From an uncultured Clostridia bacterium (lineage in GTDB: Bacteria > Bacillota > Clostridia > Christensenellales > Borkfalkiaceae), in NCBI GenBank assembly GCA_947087265.1, contig CAMUBY010000007.1:2758-66757 (forward strand): 64,000 nt of DNA, in the 5' to 3' direction. The first letter of the stretch is position 1. Each line of letters opens with the position of its first letter. Under the pieces are notes generated by a model. That model saw only the letters and a program-made list of their open reading frames with translations, ran no database searches and was not told the DNA's origin. This document shows, piece by piece, positions 1 to 9,858 of the stretch. Made by a program: the position numbers and the translations under genes.

Positions 1-2277
1 CAGAAAATGGGCGTAAATGCTTCCACGTTCTGTATCGCGGGCGATACGCTTTTTGTTGCCGCCGTTTCCAACTCGGGTACGACGTACACCATGAGCAAAC
101 TGGACACCCCCTCCGATTATACGCAGTTTAACAAAACGGATTTTCAGGTAAAGCCGCAGATGTCCTATACGGACGGAAAACTTTACTGCGTAGTAAACAG
201 TTTCGTCAGCGTCTACCGTAACGACCCCGTCGAAAACAAGTACGTATTGCTCACGCAAAAAGCGCTCTACGAAACGGTGAGCGTAACGGGCTTGAAATCG
301 GCTTGCGCGACGGGCGGCTATCTCTATTACACCATCGCCAACGAAACGGAAAGCAGTTTGCTTGCAAACGGCATTTACCGCTGCGATTTAACGGATTTTA
401 CGGTCAATCCCCCCCTCTTTTCAGACAACGGTTTCGGCGCGCTTACAACCCATCACGGATATCTTTACGCCATAAAAGACAACTCCGTTTTGGAATATTC
501 CGTTTTCGGCGAAGACGCGGCACTAACGGGTTATGAAATTGCGTCGTCTTCGCAATCGGTAAACCGTCTTTCGGGCGCGGTAGACACGGCGCGCGCGGGA
601 GACCTTCTCGTCACGGCGGACGCAGGCAACAACCGTGTTTCCGTCTATAATTTTGCGACGGACGAATATTCCGTTATCCCCTGCGAAGATGCGCCCACGC
701 TCGTTGCAACCGACGGAAAAACGATTGCCGTAGCAAGCAACGAAAAAATTTATACTTGCGATTACGGCGATACCGAACTCACTTCCCACGGCAAAAAACC
801 TTCCAATATCATGGGGCTTGCGTGTGTATACGGAAACGTCTATTTCGTTACTAAGAACGCAGGTCACGGCCGTATCGGAGAAAACGACATTTTATATCAG
901 GACACGGGCACGCCCGTCTGCATGACGAGCGACATCTACGGAAATATCTACGTTTCCACCGACAGAGGCACGGTTTATAAGTTCACGGAAGAAACCTTCC
1001 TGAAACGCAACCAGGGCGAGCAACTCGGCGCTACGCTGCCCGCGGCGCACTCCTGCCTCCGTGCCGACTTCGAAGGCAATCTGTATTACCTTTCGGGCGA
1101 CAAAATTTACAAAAACGGCGAAGAATTTACAACCGTCAACGGCAACGATTTCGTATATCATACGGAAGAAACCGCGGCAACGCCCGTTTCGTTTGCACTC
1201 GGGTTCGAGGACAGCGAAGTTTATTTCAATTTCGGAAATTACATTGTAAAAAGTAACGAAGACGCGCTTGAAATTCCCACGCTCAACCGCATTGTTGCTG
1301 GAAATGCCAAAACGGATACCTTCACCGTACACGGCGCAGAAAAACTGTTTGCGGACGTTCCCGAAAAAACGGTCGCTATCCGCATCAATCTTACGGACAT
1401 GAGAACGGGCGATTCCGAATATTTCCCCTACGAGGGATATTGCCGACTCCCCGAAGGACAGCGCTGCGTTCTTGTTTCGGAGACGGATGACTTCTACGTA
1501 ATGATTGTTCCCGACTGTCTGTGCGACGAAGACTGCCCCGTCTGCCCCACAGAATTCGACTGCAAGGCGGAAATGTGCCATTGCATCGAGCACGGTTATA
1601 TCGTTCACAAAGACGAATCGCTGCTTGCGAACAAAGAAGATTATTGGCATGAGCCCGAAGACGGTGAAGTCACGCAGTTTTATCTTTCGAGCAACGTTCA
1701 TTCCTACTTTGCGCCGAGCCTTGAAACCGCCATGCAGGACGGCAACCTCAAACGCGGAACGCAAGTCAACGTACTCGGCTATGCGACCGCGCCCGACAGG
1801 GTTTACGCACTCATCGGTTACACGGACGGTTCAAACGGAGAAACCACACGCGAAAACAAAACGGGTTATGTGCCGAAGTCGTTTTTAACAAAAACTTCGC
1901 CCAATCCTGCGGAAAACGAAGAATATCTTTCCGTATATCTGAAAGCAAGTGAAGACGGCGTCACTTTTGTTTCGGAAGACGGAAACGGGGAGATAACCGT
2001 ATATGAACGCACCGAAGCGAAAGCCGTAAAAAATGCGGACGGCACCTATACGTTGACGATTGAAAAGGACGGCAAGTGCTACGTTGCCAAATCGGTCACG
2101 GAAAAACAAATCGAATGGAAGACGTCCGATGCCTGGCGAATTGCACTGATAATCATTTTGTCCGTTCTTGCGCTCGTGATTATCGGCGCGTACATTTTCC
2201 TTCTGCCGAGAAACAATCAAGAAAAACCCCCGAAGAAAAAAGAAAAAGCGGAACCGAATTCCGCCAAAAAAGAATAA
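1..2277 (+). CDS. Membrane-anchored repeat (beta-propeller-like) protein with a Cys-rich insert, an SH3b-like segment and a C-terminal TM anchor; the 5' end may lie outside the window
   Basis: ORF 7..2277 stays open back to nt 1 and has no signal peptide at Met7. Recurrent strand motifs are present (DGKLYCV, GGYLYYT, HGYLYAI, GNVYFVT, GNIYVST, GNLYYLS). There is a CLCDEDCPVCPTEFDCKAEMCHC block. The hydrophobic AWRIALIIILSVLALVIIGAYIFLL is followed by a Lys-rich tail. Confidence 0.6.
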   Translation, partial: QKMGVNASTFCIAGDTLFVAAVSNSGTTYTMSKLDTPSDYTQFNKTDFQVKPQMSYTDGKLYCVVNSFVSVYRNDPVENKYVLLTQKALYETVSVTGLKSACATGGYLYYTIANETESSLLANGIYRCDLTDFTVNPPLFSDNGFGALTTHHGYLYAIKDNSVLEYSVFGEDAALTGYEIASSSQSVNRLSGAVDTARAGDLLVTADAGNNRVSVYNFATDEYSVIPCEDAPTLVATDGKTIAVASNEKIYTCDYGDTELTSHGKKPSNIMGLACVYGNVYFVTKNAGHGRIGENDILYQDTGTPVCMTSDIYGNIYVSTDRGTVYKFTEETFLKRNQGEQLGATLPAAHSCLRADFEGNLYYLSGDKIYKNGEEFTTVNGNDFVYHTEETAATPVSFALGFEDSEVYFNFGNYIVKSNEDALEIPTLNRIVAGNAKTDTFTVHGAEKLFADVPEKTVAIRINLTDMRTGDSEYFPYEGYCRLPEGQRCVLVSETDDFYVMIVPDCLCDEDCPVCPTEFDCKAEMCHCIEHGYIVHKDESLLANKEDYWHEPEDGEVTQFYLSSNVHSYFAPSLETAMQDGNLKRGTQVNVLGYATAPDRVYALIGYTDGSNGETTRENKTGYVPKSFLTKTSPNPAENEEYLSVYLKASEDGVTFVSEDGNGEITVYERTEAKAVKNADGTYTLTIEKDGKCYVAKSVTEKQIEWKTSDAWRIALIIILSVLALVIIGAYIFLLPRNNQEKPPKKKEKAEPNSAKKE

Positions 2278-2289
2278 ACGAATAATATA

Positions 2290-2334
2290 AAAACCCCCGA
2301 CGGTTTCCCTTGCAACCGTCGGGGGTTTATTTTA
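2290..2334. terminator. Bidirectional rho-independent terminator between convergent genes
   Basis: Stem cccccgacggtt (2294-2305) pairs with aaccgtcggggg (2314-2325). It is flanked by an A-run upstream and a T-run downstream. Confidence 0.75.
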
Positions 2335-2356
2335 CTTTATTTGCGGAACCGCCGTT

Positions 2357-3673
2357 TCAGCTCTCTGAATTTTTCATTCCTTTCCGTTTTCTGATTTCTT
2401 TTACCTGCTTTTCATAGCCGTGACCGCTCGGCTCGTAATAAACTCTGTCTTTCAGGCTGTCGGGCAGATACTGCTGTGCAACCCAGCCCCCGTAGTTATG
2501 CGGATACCGATATTTTCCGCTCTCCGCTTTCATCTCGCGATTGCCGAACGAATTATCGCGCAGATATTTCGGAATGTCGTCATCCTTATTCTTCACCGCG
2601 TCTTGTTTCGCCGCACCCATCGCGGTAACCACCGTATTGCTCTTTTCCGCTTCGCAGACGTAGATAATCGCTTCCGAAAGCGGAATCAATCCCTCGGGAT
2701 AGCCCATATTCTGATACGCGGTCAGTGCGGAAACCGCCACCACAAGCGCGTTGGGGTCCGCCATACCCACGTCCTCGGCAGAATGCGCAATCAGGCGGCG
2801 AAGAACCAACAGCGGGTCGCACCCCCCTTCGATGAGCCGCATGGCATAATACAGCGCGGCATTGGAATCGCTTCCGCGCAGCGATTTGCAAAACGCAGAA
2901 AGAATATCGTAATACAAATCTTCGTTATAAGAAAGCGCTTTGCGCTGAATAGACTGTTCCGCGTCGGCAAGCGAAACGTGAATTTTGCCGTTACCGTCGG
3001 GCGGCGTCGTCAGAACGGCAAGTTCCAACGCATTATAAGCGGTACGCAAATCTCCGCCCGCCGTCACGGAGATATGCGTGAGCGCGTCGTCGTCAACCTC
3101 GGCGTCATAAGTACCGAGCCCCTTGCGTTTGTCGGCAAGCGCTTTTTCGAGCGCGCCTTTTATCTCGTTTGACGTGAGCGGCAAAAACTCGAATACGCGG
3201 CAACGCGACACGATAGCCGGCGTCATGGACGCATACGGGTTTTCCGTCGTCGAACCGATGAACAAAATCGTCCCCTGTTCGATGGCGGGGAGCAAAGAAT
3301 CGGACTGCGTTTTATTGAAGCGGTGACACTCGTCAAGCATCAAATAGGTACGCTTTCCGTATAATTTCAGATTGTCGCGCGCGGTTTCCACTGCTTTTTT
3401 GACGTCCGCAACGCCCGAACTGACCGCATTGAGTTTGATAAACTCCGCGTTTGTCTGCGCGGCAATCACGTTTGCAAGCGTCGTTTTTCCGCAGCCGGGC
3501 GGTCCCCAGAAAATACAACTTCCGAGCCTGTCGAGCGCAATCGCGCGGCGAAGCAGAGAGCCCTCCGCTACAATGTGGCTCTGCCCTACAAAATCGTTTA
3601 ATGTCGAGGCGCGCATACGCTCCGCAAGCGGTTTCGCTTTTTCCTCGTTGCCGTTAAAATCGAATAAATCCAT
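2357..3673 (-). CDS. rarA: Replication-associated recombination protein A (AAA+ ATPase, MgsA/RarA)
   Basis: Walker A is GPPGCGKTTLANVIA and Walker B is YLMLDECHRFNK. The C-terminal MgsA-type helical domain is present (DLYYDILSAFCKSLRGSD). Confidence 0.9.
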   Translation of the reverse strand: MDLFDFNGNEEKAKPLAERMRASTLNDFVGQSHIVAEGSLLRRAIALDRLGSCIFWGPPGCGKTTLANVIAAQTNAEFIKLNAVSSGVADVKKAVETARDNLKLYGKRTYLMLDECHRFNKTQSDSLLPAIEQGTILFIGSTTENPYASMTPAIVSRCRVFEFLPLTSNEIKGALEKALADKRKGLGTYDAEVDDDALTHISVTAGGDLRTAYNALELAVLTTPPDGNGKIHVSLADAEQSIQRKALSYNEDLYYDILSAFCKSLRGSDSNAALYYAMRLIEGGCDPLLVLRRLIAHSAEDVGMADPNALVVAVSALTAYQNMGYPEGLIPLSEAIIYVCEAEKSNTVVTAMGAAKQDAVKNKDDDIPKYLRDNSFGNREMKAESGKYRYPHNYGGWVAQQYLPDSLKDRVYYEPSGHGYEKQVKEIRKRKGMKNSES

Positions 3674-4634
3674 GCTTCCTCACATATTCTTTATCGTGAA
3701 AATTAAAAAAATACTTCCGTCTATTCTTGCGTCGGCGGCAGTTCTTCTCGCCATGACGTTCTTTTTCATCTCGCCTGCCCGCTACGCAAAAAGCGTGAGC
3801 GAGGGCATTTCTCTTTGGGCGGTCAGCGTTCTGCCGGCGACCTTTCCGCTCCTGTTTTTAACCGCCCTGTTTACGCGGCTAAAAGTCTATCAATTGCTTT
3901 CGCGCGCCGTATCTCCCATTGCAAGAAAGGGTTTCCGCATTTCGGGGGCAGGCGGCTGTGCCGCGCTGCTCTCCATGCTCTCGGGTTATCCCGTGGGAGC
4001 GCGCACCGTACTCGATTTGTATGAAAAAGGCTATGTCTCCGAAGAAGAGACCTTCCGACTTTCCTGCCTGTGTTCCACCACGGGTCCCATGTTCCTCGTG
4101 GGCGTTGTTGGCAGCGCCATGTTTCAAAACGCGCTTCTCGGTTGGGTACTGCTCTTATCCCATTATATCGGAATCCTTACCGTTTGTTTTTTCCTGCGCT
4201 TTACTGCGAAAAACAAGCCCGTCAAACAAGAGTTCCTGCCCGTCATTCAGAACGGAAATCTCGTGTCCGAAAGTCTTACGTCTTCCGTCCTTTCTATCCT
4301 TTGCGTAGGAGGAAGCATTGCGGTATTTTACGCGTTCGGACAAATGCTTTCCGACATCGGCGCATTTCTTTCTATGGGAACTACCGCGGAGGGCATTTTA
4401 AGAGGACTGCTTGAAATGACTTCGGGCTGCGCTCTGCTGTCAAAGAACTGTACGCCCCTCTCTCTCGCCCTCTGCTGTTTTTTGGTGACGTTCGGCGGAC
4501 TTTGCGTACTCGTGCAACAAATTGCCTATCTCTCGCGCGCGAAAGTGAATACGCTCCGCTTTGTTGCGGTCAAATTACTGCAAGCCGTCATCGCAGGCAC
4601 AACCGCCTATCTGCTTGCCCTATTCATTCTCTAA
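3672..4634 (+). CDS. ylbJ: Sporulation integral membrane protein YlbJ-like (nucleoside-recognition/Gate domain family)
   Basis: Polytopic membrane protein. The SVSEGISLWAVSVLPATFPLLFL and LLSMLSGYPVGARTVLDLYEKGYVSEEE motifs resemble YlbJ. I chose the ATG at 3672 (alternative GTG at 3696) inside the longer ORF 3372..4634, whose first 100 codons are antisense to rarA. Confidence 0.6.
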   Translation: MLPHIFFIVKIKKILPSILASAAVLLAMTFFFISPARYAKSVSEGISLWAVSVLPATFPLLFLTALFTRLKVYQLLSRAVSPIARKGFRISGAGGCAALLSMLSGYPVGARTVLDLYEKGYVSEEETFRLSCLCSTTGPMFLVGVVGSAMFQNALLGWVLLLSHYIGILTVCFFLRFTAKNKPVKQEFLPVIQNGNLVSESLTSSVLSILCVGGSIAVFYAFGQMLSDIGAFLSMGTTAEGILRGLLEMTSGCALLSKNCTPLSLALCCFLVTFGGLCVLVQQIAYLSRAKVNTLRFVAVKLLQAVIAGTTAYLLALFIL

Positions 4635-5431
4635 TTGTACGCCCCTAAAATGCGGAACTGCCTGCAATACTCTTGCGCACGCGCGAGCATTTCCTTGACG
4701 TCAGCGGCGGCAATATTTCCTTCCAGCTCCATAAAGAAGCGGTATTCGCCGAATACGTTTTTGATGGGACGGGATTCTATTCTCGTCAAGTTGTAACCGT
4801 AATCCGCAAAAATCTGTAACAGGCGGGTCAGCGTACCCGGTTTATGCTCGCACACGGCGCAGATAAAAATCATTTTGCTTGGAACTTCGGGCTGTTCAAC
4901 GCGTCGGACAAGCCGCAAAAAACGCGTGAAATTTTTTGTTTCGTTTGCAATATTTTCACGGGAGAGTACAACTCCTTCCGCTTTCACGTGCGACCCCACA
5001 ATGCCTGCCGATTCGTTGTCTAATTTTCCGAGGCTCTCCGCAGTAGACGAAGTAAAAATGCACTGCGCTTGCGGCAGACGGGTACGCAAAAATTCCGAAC
5101 ACTGCCCGATTGCCTGCTCGTGCGAATACACGCGCTTCACGTTTGCAAGCGGTACGCCGTTTAAGGTTGCCAAACGGTGGTCGACGGGCAGAGTCAATTC
5201 CTCTACCGCAAATACTTCGGACTTTTCCAGCAAATCCAGATTTTGAAGAACGCCGCCCTGAATAGAATTTTCAATGGGAATAACGGCATTATCAACTTCT
5301 TCGGAAAGGAGTTTTTCAATAACTTCCGCAAAGTTTCCGGCAAGCACCGTTTCCGCGCTGCCGCTGAAAAAACGCTCCGCCGCGAGTTCCGAATAACTCC
5401 CTTTGGGTCCCAAACAACTTACTTTTTTCAT
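4631..5431 (-). CDS. pheA: Prephenate dehydratase with C-terminal ACT domain
   Basis: MKKVSCLGPKGSYSELAA N-terminus and a TRFL motif, with an ACT-like C-terminus (IFICAVCEHKPGTL...ESRP). I used the internal Met; the upstream extension in the ORF track overlaps the preceding gene. Confidence 0.85.
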   Translation of the reverse strand: MKKVSCLGPKGSYSELAAERFFSGSAETVLAGNFAEVIEKLLSEEVDNAVIPIENSIQGGVLQNLDLLEKSEVFAVEELTLPVDHRLATLNGVPLANVKRVYSHEQAIGQCSEFLRTRLPQAQCIFTSSTAESLGKLDNESAGIVGSHVKAEGVVLSRENIANETKNFTRFLRLVRRVEQPEVPSKMIFICAVCEHKPGTLTRLLQIFADYGYNLTRIESRPIKNVFGEYRFFMELEGNIAAADVKEMLARAQEYCRQFRILGAYN

Positions 5432-5432
5432 G

Positions 5433-6461
5433 TTACGCCTTCTCCGCAATGTCGAGAATAAGCCGCTCCGTATCCGCCCAACCGAGGCAAGGGTCAGTAA
5501 TCGATTTCCCGAACACTTCGTCGCGCGGCTGGTTTCCCTCTTCGAGGAAACTTTCAATCATGAAACCTTTTACAATCTTCTTGAAATCCGAATCGTATAA
5601 ACGGTTTTGCAACACCTCTTCCACAATTCGGATTTGCTGATAAAACCGCTTGCCCGAATTGGAATGGTTTGCGTCGATAACAATGGCGGGATTTTTAAGT
5701 TCTCCGCCCGATTTCGCATACCCCTCGAAAATCTGCATGACGGTTTCGTAGTGGAAGTTTGGAATATCGTTTCCGTATTCGTCCACTTTTCCGCGAAGCA
5801 CGGCGTGCGCGTATTCGTTCCCGCGCGTAGCGACCTGATAGTTGTGGTATTTGAACACCTGCGCGCTCTGCGCCGCGTAAACGGAATTGAGCAGCACGGG
5901 AACGCTTCCGCCCATGGGATTTTTGATACCGACGGGAAGTTCGATACCGCTCGAAACGAGGCGGTGCATCTGGTTTTCGCTCGACCGCGCTCCCACGGCA
6001 ATATAGGTAAGCAAATCTTCGAGATACGCGTAATTTTCGGGATAAAGCATTTCGTCCGCCGCCGATAGCCCAGACTCTTCAATGGCGTGAATGTGCAGAT
6101 TTCTGATAGTACGGATTCCCTTTAAGATGTCCTCTTTGTTTTCGGGGTCGGGCTGGGAGAACATTCCCTTATAGCCGACGCCTTTGGTGCGCGGCTTGTT
6201 CGTATAAATGCGCGGCACTAAAACAAGTTTGTCCTTTACCTTTTCGTTGAGTTTGCCGAGCCTGCGCACGTATTCAAGCACAGGTTTACTGTCGTGCGCC
6301 GAACAGGGACCGACGACGAGCATGAGCAAATTAGAACGCCCCGAAATGACTGATTTACACAGTTCGTCGCGCTCTTTTTTTATTTTAACGAGGTCTTTCG
6401 GAAGAGGTAATTCCGCTAAAATTTCTTCCGCCGAAGGAATTTCGATTTGTTTTTCAAACAT
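5433..6461 (-). CDS. 3-deoxy-7-phosphoheptulonate (DAHP) synthase, class I
   Basis: GPCSAHD, RIYTNKPRTKGVGYKG and IGARSSENQMHR motifs are typical of class I DAHP synthases. It is adjacent to pheA. Confidence 0.85.
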   Translation of the reverse strand: MFEKQIEIPSAEEILAELPLPKDLVKIKKERDELCKSVISGRSNLLMLVVGPCSAHDSKPVLEYVRRLGKLNEKVKDKLVLVPRIYTNKPRTKGVGYKGMFSQPDPENKEDILKGIRTIRNLHIHAIEESGLSAADEMLYPENYAYLEDLLTYIAVGARSSENQMHRLVSSGIELPVGIKNPMGGSVPVLLNSVYAAQSAQVFKYHNYQVATRGNEYAHAVLRGKVDEYGNDIPNFHYETVMQIFEGYAKSGGELKNPAIVIDANHSNSGKRFYQQIRIVEEVLQNRLYDSDFKKIVKGFMIESFLEEGNQPRDEVFGKSITDPCLGWADTERLILDIAEKA

Positions 6462-6463
6462 AT

Positions 6464-6937
6464 TCAGCCTCTCTTTTGTATCATTTCGAAAACAGCTTTC
6501 GGAACATACTCTTCATACGGTTTTCCGAATGCGATGCAGTTTTTAACCAGCGTGGAACTCACGTGCAGAAGCTCCTGTTCGGCAGGAATGTAGAGCGTAA
6601 TCATTTCGGGGGAAAGCCGCTTGCTCGCGTAATAGTCGGCATTTTCATACTCAAAATCGACGGTATTCCGCACGCCGCGCACATAATAGGGCGTTTGTTC
6701 GGCTTGCAATAAATCAACCGCCGCACCGTTCCAAATTACCACTTTTACCCGCGCGTTATCGCGGTAGACGGCTTGAATCATCTCCGCACGTTCCTTCGGC
6801 GAAAACATACAAGACTTGCTTTTATTCTCCGCCACTGCAACGACCACTTCGTCGAACAGCGACAAACACTTTTGCACGGTAGAAAAATGTCCCGAAGTAA
6901 ACGGGTCGAACGTCCCTGCAAACACACACTTTTTCAT
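6464..6937 (-). CDS. coaD: Phosphopantetheine adenylyltransferase
   Basis: The FAGTFDPFTSGH nucleotidyltransferase motif is present, and size (157 aa) and family layout fit. Confidence 0.9.
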   Translation of the reverse strand: MKKCVFAGTFDPFTSGHFSTVQKCLSLFDEVVVAVAENKSKSCMFSPKERAEMIQAVYRDNARVKVVIWNGAAVDLLQAEQTPYYVRGVRNTVDFEYENADYYASKRLSPEMITLYIPAEQELLHVSSTLVKNCIAFGKPYEEYVPKAVFEMIQKRG

Positions 6938-7467
6938 GCTTCCGTCTCCCTGAAAAACATCACTTTCACTCTGCCGTAACTGCGCATATCCGCAAGCGTA
7001 AAGCCCTCTTTTGCCTGTTCTTCGCGCTCGCTTTCGTAGATAAGCAGTCCGCCCTCCGCAAGCAATTTCCGCGACTTCACAAGTGAAAAAATTTCCGCCG
7101 CAAAATTTTCGCGGTACGGAGGGTCCGCAAAAATCAAATTAAATTTTCCCGTCACCGCCGCAAGGCACGAACGGTAATCCAAGCGGTAAATTTTCGCGCT
7201 TTCGCGCAGAGCGGTAAGATTTTTTTGAAGAAGCGCAAGACTCTCCGCCGAACAGTCGTTAAATACCGCTTCGCCCGCGCCGCGCGAAATACATTCCAAG
7301 CCGAGCGCACCGCTGCCGCAAAACAAATCCAACACGCGCGCGCCTTGCAAATACGGCGATAAAATCTGAAAGAGCGATTCTTTCACTCGGTCGGGAGTCG
7401 GGCGAATGTCCCGCCCCTGAAACTGCGCCAAAACGCGCCCTCTGTGTTTCCCTGCGATAATTCTCAT
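6934..7467 (-). CDS. rsmD: 16S rRNA (guanine966-N2)-methyltransferase
   Basis: MRIIAGKHRGR N-terminus, DLFCGSGALGLE SAM motif and DPPY catalytic motif. It shows the conserved rsmD-coaD pairing. Confidence 0.85.
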   Translation of the reverse strand: MRIIAGKHRGRVLAQFQGRDIRPTPDRVKESLFQILSPYLQGARVLDLFCGSGALGLECISRGAGEAVFNDCSAESLALLQKNLTALRESAKIYRLDYRSCLAAVTGKFNLIFADPPYRENFAAEIFSLVKSRKLLAEGGLLIYESEREEQAKEGFTLADMRSYGRVKVMFFRETEA

Positions 7468-7479
7468 AATTTCTTTTTA

Positions 7480-8064
7480 TTATACCCCGAACGGGTTTTC
7501 GCTGTCAAGCCGTTGCGGAAAAAAGCGAACGCCCTCTTCCGTGACGATTGCGTGCAACGGAATATCCGTACTCTCGCGGGGAAGCGGCGTTTCTACGGCT
7601 TGTCCCGCATAACAGAGTCCGACGCGAAACACGTGCGGGTGCGTTTGAAAATAGCGGTCGTAATATCCGCCGCCGTAACCCAAGCGATAGCCCTCTTCGT
7701 CCACGGCGAGCAAAGGAACAGCCGCCACGTCAACGTGAGTATCCGCGCCCGAAATCGGTTCTGAAATGCCGAAACGGTTGAATGCGGTATTCCCTGAAAG
7801 CGGCACGGCAAACATCTCTTTCCCCGAAAGTTTGGGCACGCACACGCAAGCCCCCTTATTTTGCAAGGCGCGGATAATTTCTTCCGTTGCGACTTCCGTG
7901 CGGAAAGCGCAATAAACAAAAAAGTTTCTCTCCTCGGAAAATAAGGAAAGAAATTTTCGGCAAATTTGCGCGTCTTTTTCCGCTGACTGTAAGAGGGCGC
8001 GCCTCTGCGCATAAACTTTTCTGAGCGTCTGCTTTTCTTCCTCACGGTTCAACGTACTTTCCAC
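7480..8064 (-). CDS. 5-formyltetrahydrofolate cyclo-ligase
   Basis: GYGGGYYDRY motif and family-typical size (194 aa). Confidence 0.8.
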   Translation of the reverse strand: MESTLNREEEKQTLRKVYAQRRALLQSAEKDAQICRKFLSLFSEERNFFVYCAFRTEVATEEIIRALQNKGACVCVPKLSGKEMFAVPLSGNTAFNRFGISEPISGADTHVDVAAVPLLAVDEEGYRLGYGGGYYDRYFQTHPHVFRVGLCYAGQAVETPLPRESTDIPLHAIVTEEGVRFFPQRLDSENPFGV

Positions 8065-8090
8065 CGCCTTTTTACTTGTGTTTCCGAACG

Positions 8091-9107
8091 CTATTCAATG
8101 TATTTTTTTACCGATTTTTTCCCTGCGTTTACAAGTACCTCGTACTCCGTTGTTCCCAGTTGCCGCGCATATGCGGAAATATCTTTTACCGCAATCCGCC
8201 GCGTTCCGAAATCGCCGCGCCCTTCCCGCACGGTAGCGTCCATACACAGTTTTCCGATTCCCAAACCGCCCGCGCGCAAAAATCCGTCGCCATAGCCGAG
8301 ACGGAGCGTATGAATTTTTCCGTAACGCTTTTCGGCGCGCGCATAACCCGCGCCGCCGCCGGTAAACGTTCCGCCCTGCGCAACTGTTGCGTAAATTTTC
8401 ATGGCGGGTTTGAGTCCGATACCGCAGTTTTCAAAACCGCTCGGAAGGTATCCGTACAGCCCGATGCCGATTCTCACGGCATCGAATAATTCTCCGCCCG
8501 CAAGCGTGCCGCCGGTAGCGGCAATATGCCTGAGCGCGTTCGGAAATTCCTTTTGAACCGCTTCGCTTGCCTTTTGAAAAATCTTCGCCTGTGCGCGGCG
8601 AATGCGTCCGTTTTCGGGCAGATAGTAGTGCGAATAAACGCCCTCCACATCTACGCCGTTCTGCAATGCATGGCGGCATACGCTTGCAACGCGTTCGGGG
8701 CGGAGCCCGTAACGGTTCATGCCCGTATTCACCGCAAGATGCGCGCGGACAGACTCGAATCCGAAATCTTCCTTCACGCGCACAAGAAGTTTTAACACTG
8801 CCGGCGACGATACGGTTGCAATCAAATTGTAACCGCACAGCCTTACCGCTTCCTCTTCGCAAAGAGGCGGCGTAAGAACTAAAATATCGTTCCCGATTCC
8901 TGCCGTGCGGAGCGCCGCACCTTCGTCCACGGTAGCAACGGCAAAGCCGTCGGCAATCCCCGAAAGCGCACGCGCGACTTCCGCCGCGCCGTGTCCGTAA
9001 GCGTCGTCTTTTACCACCGCAATCAAGGATTTATTAGAAATGCGCCTGAACAACGCGGCGTTTGACAGAATGTTTTTTAATGAAATCACAGTGAGTACGT
9101 TTTGCAT
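8091..9107 (-). CDS. alr: Alanine racemase (short form)
   Basis: PLP-lysine motif VVKDDAYGHGA and downstream LRLGYGDGF motif. Confidence 0.8.
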   Translation of the reverse strand: MQNVLTVISLKNILSNAALFRRISNKSLIAVVKDDAYGHGAAEVARALSGIADGFAVATVDEGAALRTAGIGNDILVLTPPLCEEEAVRLCGYNLIATVSSPAVLKLLVRVKEDFGFESVRAHLAVNTGMNRYGLRPERVASVCRHALQNGVDVEGVYSHYYLPENGRIRRAQAKIFQKASEAVQKEFPNALRHIAATGGTLAGGELFDAVRIGIGLYGYLPSGFENCGIGLKPAMKIYATVAQGGTFTGGGAGYARAEKRYGKIHTLRLGYGDGFLRAGGLGIGKLCMDATVREGRGDFGTRRIAVKDISAYARQLGTTEYEVLVNAGKKSVKKYIE

Positions 9108-9146
9108 ACTTTATTTTATGCAAAACCTCTCATTTTTGTCTTGTGT

Positions 9147-9848
9147 TTACTCTGCGTTATAAATCAGTCTGCGGCAATGCTCGCATTCGATGACGTTACC
9201 GCCCGCGAGTTTCCCTTGCTGTGCAAGCGGTAAATCCATACCGCAGACGCACCGTCCGCCCGTAAGGGGCACAAGCACGGGAAAAATGCGTTCTTTCCGT
9301 TTTTGTAAATATTTTTCGAGATTTTCGGCAGGAATTTTTTTCGCAATCTTTTCAAGTTTCTTGTTGATTTCAGCCGCCTCGTTTGCACGCGCGCCCTTCA
9401 CTTCCTTGAATTTTTCGCTGTATTCCTTAAACTGCTTCTGCATGAGAATCGTCTGTTCTTTGAGCTTTTTATACTCGTCAGACGCACTGTTAATATCCGA
9501 AAGCAGGGTATTGAGTTCATTCTTCAAGGAACGCAGCCGTTCGGAAATCGCCTGTGCATTCTTTTTGTAGAAAGAAATATCGCCGCCGCCCTCTAACATT
9601 TCATCGAGCTCGGCATACTCGTCAATCGCCTTGGAAGTTTCTTCGCAACGCAAAACAAGTCTGTCGCGCAGCGCTTTGAGTTCCACGGCGCGTTTATCCT
9701 GCGCTTCGAGTTTCTCCCGCGCGCTCTCCATAAACTTTTTGGCTTGCATATACTTTTTCCGTTCTTCGCTTGCGCCAAGTTCCTGCTCGATTTTCCGCAG
9801 TTCGCCGTCTACTTTTTGATACTCCAACATTTCGTTTAATACCGACAT
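9147..9848 (-). CDS. Coiled-coil protein with C-terminal C4 zinc ribbon (COG1579/DUF164-like)
   Basis: Long heptad-rich N-terminus and a CVCGMDLP...CEHCRRLIY zinc ribbon. It occupies the conserved position next to nif3. Confidence 0.7.
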   Translation of the reverse strand: MSVLNEMLEYQKVDGELRKIEQELGASEERKKYMQAKKFMESAREKLEAQDKRAVELKALRDRLVLRCEETSKAIDEYAELDEMLEGGGDISFYKKNAQAISERLRSLKNELNTLLSDINSASDEYKKLKEQTILMQKQFKEYSEKFKEVKGARANEAAEINKKLEKIAKKIPAENLEKYLQKRKERIFPVLVPLTGGRCVCGMDLPLAQQGKLAGGNVIECEHCRRLIYNAE

Positions 9849-9858
9849 AATATACTCC

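Noticed and set aside
3372-3671. The 100-codon N-terminal extension of the ylbJ-like ORF in the ORF track
   Set aside because: It lies entirely antisense within rarA. The membrane-protein homology only starts near 3672-3696.
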